From the NCBI RefSeq assembly GCF_018977255.1, contig NW_024704743.1, positions 41,046,001 to 41,110,000 of the forward strand: a stretch of DNA of 64,000 nt. Direction: 5' to 3'. This stretch comes from Callorhinchus milii. Lineage: Eukaryota. Made by a program: the position numbers and the translations under genes. Within the stretch, counting starts at the first letter, position 1, and each line of letters starts with the position of its first letter. Of the stretch, positions 24,791-37,460 are shown one piece after another. The notes below the pieces were generated by a model. That model was not told where the DNA came from and made no database searches. It saw only the letters and a program-made list of their open reading frames with translations.

Positions 24791-26580
24791 AAACTTCATT
24801 CTGTTGATTCATGTTACAATCTAAACTCTTTGGGGTCAATAATGTGGCTTTTGCGATAAGAATTATTACAGTGTTTGTGATGGATTTGTAAATATTGAGT
24901 CCTGTTGCTGAGTGTACGTGTTTCATGCAGACTCAGTTGAACTGCACTATACAGTGCAATCTCCTTCAGGCTCCATTGGAGCAGAGTTCCTGCGGTGAGT
25001 GTGGCACAAACACAGTTGCCCTCAGAATTCGATGTCCCACTTTTGACTCCATTGCATCCTCAATAAGATGCTTTTAACCAGAAACATCATGCTGTCAAAT
25101 TCAAATATTTTTATGTGTATGAAGGAGTTAAACAAGTCTCCTGAAAATATATTCATCCATTTCAGATTTATTTTCAAAATATATTTCTCTTATTGAAGAT
25201 CAATATCAAAAATAGTGCCTTTAATATATGGAGTCAGTCTACCACTTGCTGCTTGTTTTAATTGGCACAAAAAGGACAGGCACCAAGTGGAGCATTGAAG
25301 CATATTGTACCTAAGAAAGACGACCCATTCTGAAGTAAAGATCATTTCAAAGCAGTCAATGAGAGAAATGGTGCCATTTTAAGTTGAAATTTTCTTAGAT
25401 TTTACAAAAATATGCAAGTAATGACTATGAACTACAAGTATTTTATAATGTCTTATAATGTCTTATTCAGTGTTTTTTTATTTTTGAAGGTGAAATTCTT
25501 TCTGACTGTAAGATAGCTTCCGTATTACACCACACACCAACAGGGCAGGTGGACAACCTTCGGCACATCTTGCACCAGCGCATCTCTGATACTAGATACC
25601 AGGAGACCTGAAAGATATTCTGTATGATCTTCTGTCTCTTCCCGGGTAAGTGCCTGGCATCTGCTCAGCATTCCCTTGTCAGCTTGGCTGAATTTGAGAA
25701 ACAGGCATCTGGAGTACTCGCCTAAATCCCAGCATTCTACTCTTGGCCTGCACTTCAATATGGTTAGCTACGTGCCATCTATAACACAGATTGGTAGTTC
25801 TGTGAGTGTCAAACATTTGTGCAATTAAGGAAAACATATTAATTGACAGAAATATGTACATTTGATTTCGCACTTCTCGTTTCTGTAGGATATCTCATAG
25901 CACTTCACAGGATATCCTGTAAAGTGTAGAGACTGTGTATTTGATCAGTGAAAGTGGCAGCCAATTGTACAAAGCAATGTCAGACAAACACCCATGAAGT
26001 GAATGACTGATTGTTTTGCGAAGATTGTTAGCCAGGACACTAAGAGAAACTTCCTCCTCTTTCTGAATAGCATCATGGGATCTTTAATGTTCACCTGAAC
26101 AGACAGACCTTAACGTTACATCTGAAGGATGGCACCTCCAAAAATACATCACATTCCCTCCCCTTTGCTCCAAACCACCCAAGTGAGTGAATCTTTTTTT
26201 AAGTGATACGTTTATTGCCTGCAAGAGGAACAGGCAAATGGAGTTCATTAACTTTAGATTAAATAAGGAAATAAACAATTTTCACCACAAATATTGAGTG
26301 CAGCATGACAGAGCTTCGGATCATGCCAGCTGGAGTCTTCCCCATTGTCATTGACAGGCGTTTTATCTTACACTCTTTCTTCAATGTTTGAAGTTTTAGT
26401 TTTTCTCTGATTAAAGCAGTAGACTTAGATTTCAATGCCCGGAGGTGATGAAATAGCACAAGAATAATAAATAATCTTAACAGTTGGACAATATTACATG
26501 GAAAAATATTCAGGTAAATTATGAGTCTGATATTCCCATTCTGCAGTCAGAACACTGGGACAAACTCCCTTTTCTTTTTC

Positions 26581-27160
26581 ACAGAATCATAGAATTATAC
26601 AGCACAGGAGGAGGCCATTTGGCCCATCGTGCCTGTGCTGACTCTTTTGAAAAATGCTATCCAAATCAATTACATTCCCCCACGCTCTCTCCATAGCCCT
26701 GCAAACTTGTCCTTTCCAAATAATTATCTATTTTCCTCTTGAAAGTTGTTATTGAGTTGGCTTCCACCCCCCCTTTCAGGCAATGCATTCCAGATCCGAA
26801 AAAAATCACTGTATGAAAAAATTTCTCTTCACCTCTCCTCTGTTTCCTTTAACAGCTATTTTAAATCGGTGACCTTGGGTTACTGACCCACCCACCAGTG
26901 GAAATAGTTTCTCTTTGTTCACCTTATCAAATCTCCTCATAATTTTGATAACTTCTATTAAGTCTCCTCTTAAACTTCTCTGGTCCAAGGAGAATAATCC
27001 TAGCTTCTCTAGCCTCTCCTGATAACTGAAGTCCCTCCTTCCTGGTACCATCCTGGAAAATCTCCTTTGCACCCTCTCCAATGGCTTGACATCCTTCCTA
27101 AAGTGTGGTACACAGAACTGAACACAGTACCGTAGCTGAGACCCCACCAGTGTTTTTGAA
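26581..27160 (-). mobile_element. CR1 LINE 3' end inserted in a Deu-SINE
   Basis: LRYCVQFCVPHFRKDVKPLERVQRRFSRMVP..LEKLGLFSL; tail agaatcatagaat. Confidence 0.9.
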
Positions 27161-27544
27161 TGGTGCTGAGGGACCTTTAACATTCACCTAAGCAGGCAGA
27201 TATGTCCTTAGTTTAATATTTCATCTGAAAGACAGCATGTCTGATTATCTATACCTTGAGCTCAAGATCCCCCACAACATTCTAACTCAGTGATGATAGT
27301 GCTATCAACTGAGGCAGGATATCCCTCAAACTGGCTCATTGAATCCACGACTGTGTGCATGTGGATGCGTGTGTGCGTGCACATGCATGGTGTGTGAGAC
27401 ATCGTTGTGCGCAATTGGCTACTGCATTTTGCCCAAAATACAGTCACTGCACTTTACAGTATATTTTGTGAAGCACTTTGAGACGTCTCAATGACGCAAT
27501 AAGGCACTATATCAAATGCAGGGATTATTATTGTTGTTATTAAA

Positions 27545-28370
27545 GGTTATTATTTTAATATATATTAATGATCTAGACTTGGGCAACATTTTAAAGTTTG
27601 CAGATGACGCAAAACTTGGAAACATAGTAAGTAGTGAGGAGGATGTTAGCAGACTGCAGGAGGACACAAACAGACTGGTACAATGGGCAGTGGAAAGGGA
27701 GAGGTTTATGATGTCTGTGAGTAAGGGGGCAACGGGAAGGTTCCGGATGAGGTTGAGGGAGCAGGTGGTTAGTTACATGTGGGTTATGGTGGTGATGAGA
27801 GGAGGGGGAGACAGGTTCGAAGGTGTGGAGGGAGGGATGGGTAGAGGCCAGGGTGTGAGGGTGAGATGGGGAGGGGTTAATGGTTGAAAGGGCAGAGGCA
27901 CCTGAGCGGATCCTCTCGACTTTGGTTTTGATGAAGTCTAACATCTCCTCACAGTTGGTGTTGGAGATGAGGATGGGCAAGGCATGAGAGGGTGAGTGGA
28001 GGATACAGTTGGTGATGGAGAATAGGAGCCTGGGGTTGTCCTTGGCCTCTAAGATTGTCTTGAAGTAGAAGGACAATTTAGTGGAGGCGAGAGCAGAGCA
28101 GTAAGATTTGATAAGGTCCAGCCAAATCTGCTGATGGACCGTAAGGTTATTATACAATAAATTGTTCCGTTTTATAGCAGGTACAGGAGCAGAGAGACCT
28201 CGGGATTCACACTTTGAAGGTGACAGGACAAGTTAACAAAGCTGTTAAAAAAGCATATGGGATCCTTGGCTTTATAAATAGGCATAGATAGAGCACAAAA
28301 AGCATGGAAGTTATGGTAAGCATTTAAAATCACTGGTCAGGCCTCAACTGGAGTATTGTGTCCAATTAGG
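27545..28370 (+). mobile_element. CR1 RT fragment interrupted by an antisense L2 piece
   Basis: IYINDLDLGNILKFADDAKLG..LQEDTNRLVQWA; resumes at ~28150 with aggcctcaactggagtattgtgtcca downstream. Confidence 0.85.
27690..28145 (-). mobile_element. Internal L2 ORF2 fragment (EN-RT linker) without a 3' tail
   Basis: VHQQIWLDLIKSY..ILEAKDNPRLLFSITN, homologous to 63506-63922. Confidence 0.85.
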
Positions 28371-29562
28371 ACTCCTGTAGGTCATTGAGTCAAATCACCA
28401 TAACTCAGTCGGCATTGTTCCAACTGACTGAAGGTGTAAAAAGCAATGACTGGTGGATCAACAAAGCTCTATCAAACTATGCCATATAAGGCAGCAAAAG
28501 TGGATTTGTTTGGAAGGTAATATTATTATATAGGAGAAAGCCATTCAACACAGCAAATTTATGCTGGAATTTGATTAGATCTTGGCAGACTTTTAATCCA
28601 ATTTCTCTGCCTTTTCAATAAATCTCTTAATACTTTTACTTCCCAAATATCTATCTATTCCCTTTAAACCATCACAATCAAATTTACCCCTACAGCCCCT
28701 AGGGGAGTGCATTGCACATCTGTTGAGAAATATTTTCTAATTTTACTTTTAACTCTCTTAGCTCTAATCTTAACATCATATCACCTTGTTTTGAGTCTCT
28801 TCACAGAAGGAACAGTTCTTGTCTTTATAACTTATGAATTCTCATTATTAGATCCTGTTGTCTTGGAAGAGGAACATTTCACGTGATATAAACCATACAT
28901 TGATTTGCATGATACTTTCCAAGAATCTCTTCTCGCATATAAACTTAACACAAGCAAATCTTAATGCATCTCATGTTAATACAACAGTTGTGTCAAAGCA
29001 TTATTTTAATACAGTACAATATCAAATAGATCCAAATGCATTTCATCACAGAACAAGAGGGATCTAGTAAATCATGTGTTCCAGTACATAAAAATGCCAA
29101 ATCAAAGCATCAACCATTACCATCCCTATGCAGAGCAAGAATCATTGTAGAGGTACAGAGGGTCAAAATTGACATTGCTGTTGAAAAAATGGAGTGCCAC
29201 TGAATTAAGTGCTATCTTTGGTGAGGATTGACAAGATGCCAACTAGCACAAGCTGAGATCTGATATTTGTTTTGCAACCGAGTTTCTTTCGGACTATGAA
29301 ACAACATCTCAGACTTATATAGTGCACTCCACGCATGGTAGCGTCTAAGAGCACTTAACAGTGGCAGAGCCTGACTCCGAGCTGGTGGGGAGGGGTCATT
29401 TGACCTGTTATATTGGTGTCTGTACTTACACACTAATGATGACATCTAGCATCACAGCACTCCCCAAGCATTACACTGGGCTGTTAGCCTTGACTTTGAC
29501 CTCAAAATGCCAATGTGGAGTTTTGCACCTACAACCTGACTCAGAAGTGAGAATGCTAACTC

Positions 29563-29880
29563 ACAAAAGGCAAATTATTTCAGATACTGGAAATCTAAAA
29601 TAAAACAGATTGCTGGAAACACTGAGCAGGTCAGGAGAGAGAAGAAAGTGAGTTAATGTTTCAGGTCGATGACCTTTCATCAGAACTGGGGTATGTTGGA
29701 AGGGAGCAGATTATAAGGACAAGCAGAGAAGGTGGCAGGGAAAGAAAGGCAAATAAAAAAAGGTAGAGGACAGAAGATGATGAGCACAGAGGTGTTGAAA
29801 GTGCAAGACAAAAATACACAATAGTGGGAGATTATAGAAAGAAAAGATTTGAATGAGACTCAGAGGATGTGTGAATGTGT
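29563..29880 (-). mobile_element. Penelope-like fragment (pLTR plus adjacent purine-rich segment)
   Basis: Same pLTR body as the other four units, followed by a purine-rich tract; no TSD identified. Confidence 0.65.
29651..29687 (-). ncRNA. Minimal type I hammerhead ribozyme motif
   Basis: Minus strand AGTT-CTGATGA-A-AGGTC-atc-GACCT-GAAA-CATT-AACT: stems I and II pair perfectly; the stem III CG has changed to CA. Confidence 0.6.
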
Positions 29881-30499
29881 GCTAGTAACTGAGCTGGGCT
29901 GACAATGTCTGACATATGGTGCTCTCATGTACAAAACAAGATCACCTCTCTTGAATGCGACTAATGCTGTTGTGGAGATAATTTGTTTGAAAGGTTGCAA
30001 ACATGTTATTGCGGAGGAAAGTTACATTATGACCATGACAAAGGGATTCAGTAGCATCAAAAGTGCTCCAGTTCTATGCTCCCGTTCTACGTTTCCTTTC
30101 TTTGCTCCCGAAGATCAATGGGCATCTTGAGGAAATAGCCTTTCTCAGAGGCAAATTTAGAGAGGCCAATACATGAGCCAGCTGAGCTTGAGCACTAAAC
30201 CTGTAACACCTGCAGGTAATGTTAAGATGAGGTAACACATGAGAGAGAAAAATAAATGGAACACACACAGATAGGTTGAAATCAGCTAATGAAGTGGGTG
30301 AAACTAGACTGAAACTCTCAAAATTCGGTTTGCAATCTTTCCCATTAGTATTCTTTTAAACCTATTTTTAATTGTAATTTATAGGTGCAGTAGAGTAAAT
30401 TGGTGTTTAATCTGTAAAGTGCTGGATGGCTTGGTTTTATCAAGGATACTCCAGAATTGGTTTAGCTGCGGTTTAGTCATTATGCATCAAGGCCCTTTA

Positions 30500-30760
30500 G
30501 GACTCGCTTTCCAGGCAGGGCGAAACCTTGGGCAAGTTTCCATACTCCACACGCCTAATAATAATCCCTCCAAAAAAAAATAATAAATGGGTCATTTTCA
30601 ATCCATGACTGTTTGTGGGACATTGCTGTGTGCAATTGGCTGCCGCGTTCGCCCACAAATATACAGTCAATTCAATTTACAGTATATTCTGTGAAGCACT
30701 TTGGGACGTCTAGAAGATGTGAAAAGCGCTATATCAAAAGCAAGGATTATTATTATTATT
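30500..30760 (+). mobile_element. tRNA-derived SINE with damaged head, followed by an inverted SINE head (30762-30842)
   Basis: Body and tail match 2973-3292; 30762-30842 is the reverse complement of a SINE head. Confidence 0.85.
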
Positions 30761-30863
30761 TAAAGTTTCACCCCACCCAAGAATCAAACCCAGATCTCTC
30801 GCTTGAAGGTCGAGTGCTCTAACCACTGAGCTATGGGACTCTACTGGTCTGAAGTAAAGTTAC

Positions 30864-31947
30864 TGTCTGAGGTAATTGACTGCAGGAATGCTATTGTCAG
30901 GAAAGATCGCTTGCCACTGACCACGATTTGGGTGTAATTACAGCAATTTCAGACATCAAGTCCTGAATGAGGGCAAATTTCTTACAGTTGAATGTGAACA
31001 AGACTGAGGCCCTCCTGATTGACTCGCGCCAGCGCCTCTGCACCTCAGGCTCTGGCAGCATCAACCTCCATGGTTGCACACATCAACTCACCAAGCCAGT
31101 CAGGAACCTAGGTGTCTTGTTCGACACTCAACTGTCTTTTCTCCCCCACATTCAAGCCATGACCCGCTCTGCCTTCCCTCACCTCCATAACATCGCCCGA
31201 CTCCGCCACTACCTCACCCCTCAGGCGGCTGAAACTCTTGTTCATGCCTTCATTACCTCCAGACTAGACTATGCAAATGCCCTGCTTGTTGGCCTTCCCA
31301 AGTCTTCCCTCCACAGACTGCAGATAATCCAGAACTCTGCAGCACGTATCCTCTCCCGCACCAAACTCCGTGATCCCATCTCTCCCATTCTCGCCTGACT
31401 CCTTTGGCTCCCCTTCCTTCAAAGGATTCAGTTCAAGATCCTGGTCCTCACCTATGAAGCCTCCCACAGCCTCGCCCCACTACCTCTGCAACCTCCAAAC
31501 CCCCTATCAACCCGCCTGCTCCCTCCGCTCAGAGTGCTCTGGCTTGCTCCACGTCGCCCGACCCACCCGTCCCACCATTGGAGGGAGAGCCTTCAGCCAT
31601 TCTGCCCCCAATCTGTGGAATTCCATTCTCCAATCACTCTGCCTCACCCTCTCCTTAGCCTCCTTCAAGTCCCACCTCAAGACCCTCCTCTTCGACCATG
31701 CCATCGGCCACAACCCCTCCCCTCCCTTCTCCCCCCCTGACCCCAGCTTGGCTCTGAATTGCTGTACACTGTCCAGCATCTTGGGATGTCCTCCCGACGT
31801 GAAAGGCACTATACAAATGTAATTTTGTTGTTGTTTTTTTATATTTTCTAAATGGGATGAAAAATGGCTGTAATTACACCCAAATCGTGGTCAGTGGTAA
31901 GCAACCATTCCTGACAATAACATTCCTACAGTCAATTACCACACACA
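30864..31947. repeat. ~80-bp inverted repeat (30864-30944 / 31867-31947) bracketing an L2
   Basis: ccactgaccacgatttgggtgtaattacagc versus gctgtaattacacccaaatcgtggtcagtgg. Confidence 0.92.
30948..31835 (+). mobile_element. 5'-truncated L2 LINE
   Basis: ORF 30967-31398 NFLQLNVNKTEALL..FITSRLDYANALL; (TTG)n tail. Confidence 0.93.
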
Positions 31948-32003
31948 ATAACATTATCACAGACAATAACATTACCTCAGACAACAACATTGCCGCAGAC
32001 AAT
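31914..32003. repeat. 18-bp tandem repeat, about 4-5 imperfect units
   Basis: acaataacattatcacag, acaataacattacctcag, acaacaacattgccgcag. Confidence 0.85.
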
Positions 32004-32499
32004 GGTGCGTAATATATGAGAGTCATAAAAGGATTTAAATCTTTCAGTTACCCAGATGTGATAGAAGACAACTCTTTGGAATTCCGCTCGGAAATTGATT
32101 GTTGATAATCTCCTGCCATAATCTGTTTTTTGGAAGACAGATCTGAGATTGGCACCCAAGTGAAGTTCCAGTGGGTCAGTGCTCATCATATCAAGTACCT
32201 TCCGGATTCACTTATAAATCCTTTCGCAAATCTCGCAAATTAAATCCCATGTGATTCCAGCCTGGGGCATTCTGATTTGAGTCTTTTTTTTGCATAAATG
32301 GTGTTTGATAATAACTCTTTTGGGGAATTCAGATAAGATTGAGATTACAGAGTCACAGTGCAAAAGACAAGAACTAACATATTGAAAGTTTAAAATGACT
32401 ACCCCACTGGGCTGAGGACCATCTCTACTCATGTTAATTCAAGTCGTCAAGTTCTGGAACTCAACTACTCAGTTCCTCTAATGATCTGATCAGAAGTTG

Positions 32500-32840
32500 C
32501 ATAGTAAACAGACCTTTTTTTGCAAAAGGGACAATAAAAAGGCATGAATTAAAGAATGAGATTTTTACTATATTTATTCTATTTCCATTTAGTCATAGAC
32601 TGTTAGGCCATTTTATTGCTGAATTCTAAGATCATACAGAATTGTGGAAAATTCTTAAATTCAGTCTTAATTTGGAAGTCCATGATTTTTAAAGACTGAT
32701 CAAAAATTGCTTCCAAATTAAGGTTGAAATAAAGAATTTCCACTATTTTGCATGATATCAATTAGAAGATGAAATGGTCTCGCAGACTAGGTGTTTTGTT
32801 TTGCCAGTGATTTAAAAAGGGTCTCTTTAAATATATACAG
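32500..32840. mobile_element. Old palindromic (fold-back) MITE-like element
   Basis: Arms 32631-32678 and 32710-32756 are near reverse complements, with weaker symmetry extending outward. Confidence 0.6.
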
Positions 32841-33169
32841 TCTGTTGTTGTGCTGTAAACAGTGTGGTGACTAATGTTTTTTGATGTTGTTTGATCTTGA
32901 CTTGCTTCGACAAAGTTCATCAAACGTCACACAAATCACTTGCCATGACATTGCCTGATATCTGACTGAAGCACATGTGTGCAGGTGGGATATTACAACT
33001 ATGACTGGATTCAATTAGAGACTCAATGATACACAAACAAATGGAACTGTGTAGCATCTTTTTTTCCTTCACAAACACAATGTAGATAACACAAAATTGA
33101 TAGACCAACAAAGCTTTTAGACCCTCACAAGTCTGACAAAGTCATGTTTGTTCAGAGGATATCACAGAA

Positions 33170-34167
33170 GTGCAAATGGTACAGTTTTAAGGGGGTTCTG
33201 GAACAGAAAGACCTGGGGGTTCACATGCACAGCTCTTTGAAGGTGGCAGGACAGGTTGATAGAGCTGTTATAAAAGCATATGGGATTTTTTGCTTTATAA
33301 TTAGAGGCATAGAGTACAAAAGCAAGGAAGTTGTGTTAAACCTTCATATGTCACTGGTTAGGCCTCAGTTGGAGTATTGCGTCCAATTCTGGGCTCCACA
33401 TTTTAGGAAGGATATCAAGGTCTTGAAGAGGGTACAGAGGAGATTTACCAGATTGTTACCAGCGATGAGGTACTTTAGTTATGTGCAGAGACTAGAGAAA
33501 CTGGGATTATCCTTCTTACAGCAGAGAAGGTTAACGGGAGATTTAATAGAGGTGTTTAAAATTATGAGTGGTTTTGATAGTTGTTAAGGTCTGGAATGCA
33601 CTGCCTGAAAGGATGGTGGAAGCAGATTCAATAACAACTTTCAAAAGTGAATTGGATAGGTACTTGAAAAGGAAAAAAATGCAAGGTATAATAATAATAA
33701 TCCTTGTATTTGATTAGCACCTTATCACATCTTCGAGATGTATCAAAGCACTTCACAGAATATACTGTAAAGTGAATTGGCTGTATATTTTGTGGGAGAA
33801 ACACAGCAGCCAATTGCACACAGCAGCGTTCCCACAAACAGTCGTGGATTGACCTCACCAATTTTTTTAAAGTAATTATTACCCCTGGAAAAGTGATACG
33901 CTAATCGACTAACAGCCAGGTTCCTACTCACTGCTTGGTAAACAGAGGCGTGTGGAGTAAGGAAACTTGCCCAACATTTTGCCCTGCCAAGAATTGAACC
34001 CAGTGAGTGCTCTAGCCACTAAGCTACAGCACTCCACTCTACCTACAGGATAAGGGGAAAGTGGGAGTGGGTGGAGTGGGACTGATTGGGTAGCTCTTCC
34101 AAAGAGCTAGCGCATGCATGATGGGCCAAATGGCCTCCTTCTGTGCTATAATATTCAATGATTCTAG
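33170..34167 (+). mobile_element. CR1 LINE 3' part with a nested SINE
   Basis: KDLGVHMHSSLKVAGQV..LVRPQLEYCVQFWAPHFRKD; 3' UTR gatgggccaaatggcctccttctgtgct. Confidence 0.92.
33689..34035 (-). mobile_element. tRNA-derived SINE, long subfamily, nested in CR1
   Basis: Reverse complement of the SINE consensus. Confidence 0.88.
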
Positions 34168-34854
34168 AAAGCTGTTATTGGGGAGAATATGATCTCATGT
34201 TCAAACAGAATTTATTCATTGTCTTATAAAAGGTAAAATGTTAGTACTTACATTTTGAGTTATTAAACTCTTTACATACTTTTGTTGTAACAAATGGGCA
34301 TACACCTCCCAAACTATACAGTTACTACACTTTATAGTGCATCGTGTGATGTACTTTGAAATATCCCTCCGATCGATAAGGTGCTATATCAAATGCAAGG
34401 ATTATTGTTCATTACAAAAAATAATATATTTTTATTAATTAAAAAATAAGTTAATAAATAACTAATTGTTTGTTGCAATGGAATAAATCAGCATAAAGAA
34501 TCCAGATGATTTTCACTTTGCATAAAGCATAAAAAATTAACAACAAAAACAATTAATGGTTCACACATAATGATTTATCAATTACTCAAAGCAGAAAATC
34601 TGTTGGGTGATGGAATACTTTCCGGTAGCAATTAAATCAACAGTAACGAATACCGGATTGATAGATGTGCACAACGCAAATTGGCAACCAGCAGCATATT
34701 CATCAAATAGTCAGTTCATGATGGGGGCAGGCCCGATGGTACAATAGTTAGAGCTGTTGCTTACAGACCAGTTGCTCACTTGTTCAAATGCCAGTCTGTC
34801 CCAAGTTTGCTCTGCTCAGTTGGACTTTTCTAACAGGTCCCTTCTCAATCGTCA

Positions 34855-35290
34855 TAATTCCAGAGAGAAAAGCTCCAACCATTCAATATTTCTTGTTATC
34901 TGATAGCACTCATCCCTGGTATTATCATTGTAAATCAAGGCTACAATATCATTCCTGTTGTATGGTTGCCAGTGATGAACCCAGTACTCCAAATTTACTC
35001 TGACTGGGATTCTATATAAATCTAACATCACCTCCATACTTTTATCCTCTATTCCCTGGATATAAAGACAAATATTTGCATTATATATGGCATTGTCCAC
35101 CTATGCTGCTACTTTTAGTATCATGTGAGCCTGAATCCCTAGATCCCTCTGTCTCTTCCTTACTCTCAGGTTCCTATCATTCGAGGTATAGTCATCTTCC
35201 TTATTTTTCCCATCAAAGTGAGTCACTTTACATTTTCCCTATTAAAATTAATCTGCCCATTCGGCAAACATATTTAGATATTTGGCAATG
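34855..35290 (-). mobile_element. Old CR1 fragment
   Basis: GIEDKSMEVMLDLYRIPVRVNLEYWVHHWQP. Confidence 0.75.
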
Positions 35291-36832
35291 GCAATAACAT
35301 ATCTATGCAAAGGAGAAAAAAAGTAGGTTTTGAAATGCTTTGAGAATCGTTGTGTGAATTATGTCTTCTGAAACATTCAAAAACTATGCACGTCCTGAAT
35401 AAGGTTTGAACAATACTATTTTCAACATTTGAAATGGGGTCTAATTTACAGAACATCTTAATATATTAATATATAATAATTAATATCATATAATATTAAT
35501 AATCCTTCTATTTGATATAACACCTTATCATGTCGTTGAGATGTTTCAAAGTGCTTCACAGAATATATTGTAATGGATTGACTGTGTTTCTTGACAATAA
35601 TAAAAACATTCCTTGCATTTCATACTGGGACGATGTCTCAAAATGCTTCAAAGGATTTATTTTAAAGAATAGTGACTATGTCTTTTTTAAGTGAAAATAG
35701 GAGCCATTTTGTGATAGTAACTCCTTTCTCTTTTCTAATAGTGCTCTGAGATCTTTAACATCCAGCTGAACAAGTGTGTGGGACTCCAATAATACAGCAC
35801 TCTGGTCAGCGCTGTATTGGACTGTCAGCCTGAAACAGCGTTTTTCAAATGTGGCCACTGTAGCCCTAAGTGCCCACCGAGGCCACTGAGAAAAATTGTT
35901 TGAGAATCAAAGTCCCAATGCGGAGCTTGAGCCCACAACTTTCTGACTCAGTGGTGAGAGTATTACCAAGTGAGCCAGATTAACAAAATTCTAAGACATT
36001 GAATTCTCCAGCATATTCTTGCAAGTTAGATACCTTTGTGAACAGTTTCACCTCTATTCATAATACATATTACTAGTAGGCACAAAATTATTTTGTTTGC
36101 ATTTTGCTGAGAAGACAAATTCCTTTTAACAATATGGACATGATATTGAATGATCTGCAGTTTAAACTTCACTCCAGAGGAAAGAGAGACAACTTTCTCT
36201 TCTCTAATGGCTATTGATGGTTCTTCAAATAATTAAATGATTTGAAACAATTCAGTTGCAGTGATTGTGTTGTTCAGGTGCAGTTTCCACCCAGGTCCCG
36301 ACTGTTACTATTTCAGTTTACCAGCAAAAGACCATTGGATGTATTTCAATTTTACAAGAATCCAATGTTCATTTCCCTGCTGATTCATGAAATGGTCAAG
36401 TTTAGAATAACAGTTGGTTAGCATTAAACATAAGTACTCTCAGGCAATTTAGTTTTTTCCACAGATGGCTACCCTCATGTTCTTTGCTTGCTTTGTCCAT
36501 CTAACAGCTGGAGAAACACTATCTTAAATTAAAAGTGAGAAATGTTTCTGTGCTGGTGAATTGTGTGCAGATACTGTTGGAAGTAAAATGTCTTTTGCTT
36601 ATTTATGCTTGAAAGATGATAACAACAAAATGTCAATGTATGCAACCTTGGGCTTAGGGAAAAGTGTCAGAAAGTGTTCAGTAATATAAACTGCATGACA
36701 GCCGGCTCTGGCAGCAGAATCACGTGCAGGTATTTTAAGGACAAAGAGAAAAAGCAACAATCATTATTGTTTTTAGATTTCAGCTGTGAGCACTTTTGCT
36801 CCCAACCTTCAGGACAGCACATGATTTCAGGA

Positions 36833-37333
36833 AAGTAGTTATGGGAGAGAGAACTATGTACACTGGCAGTTTGATGGACACTGTTATAAAAGAGAATCTA
36901 GTAGAACTGAGGGTTTAATTTCAGACTCAGTCCAGACCAGGACTGAGCAATCTCAATCTCACCTCTGAGTTGTGGGTTCAAATCCCACGTTGGGACTTGG
37001 AATCACAAAATCTAAGATGACACTCTAATACAGTACTTGGGATGCGTTCGATTGTCAGAGTTGCTATTCTTTGGATGAGGTGCTAAATCAAAGTCCTCTC
37101 TGTCTGTTCAGGCGGATGTTAAAGATCCCATGGCACAATTCAAGAAAAGAGGGGTGTTACTCCCAGTGTTCTGGCCAACAAATCCCAAAATAGATATTGG
37201 TCACTCACTCCATGGCTGCTTGTGGGACATTGCTATCACATCCGAAATGAAACCCTCAGTTCTACTACATTCTCGTCTATAAGAGTGTCCTTCAAACTGA
37301 CAGTGTACATAGTTTTCTCTCCCATAACTACTT
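36833..37333. repeat. ~93-bp inverted repeat (36833-36925 / 37241-37333)
   Basis: aagtagttatgggagagagaactatgtacactg..gtagaactgagggttt versus aaaccctcagttctac..cagtgtacatagttttctctcccataactactt. Confidence 0.92.
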
Positions 37334-37460
37334 GACCTAAATAGCAGCCTGCCACATTACACCCAGAAAAGACACAATCAATCCACTATCAAGTGAAGCA
37401 CTTCGAGACGTCTTGACAATGTAAAAGATACTATATTGAATTCAGGGATTATTATAATAA
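36960..37460 (+). mobile_element. Deu-domain SINE carrying an inverted copy of its upstream flank
   Basis: gttaaagatcccatggcac core; body interrupted at 37241-~37342. Confidence 0.78.

Noticed and set aside
31914..32003. CRISPR-like or coding repeat
   Set aside because: Simple 18-bp minisatellite without spacers.
35838..35898. Tiny palindromic hAT-like insert in a SINE
   Set aside because: Termini are only loosely complementary and there is no clear TSD.
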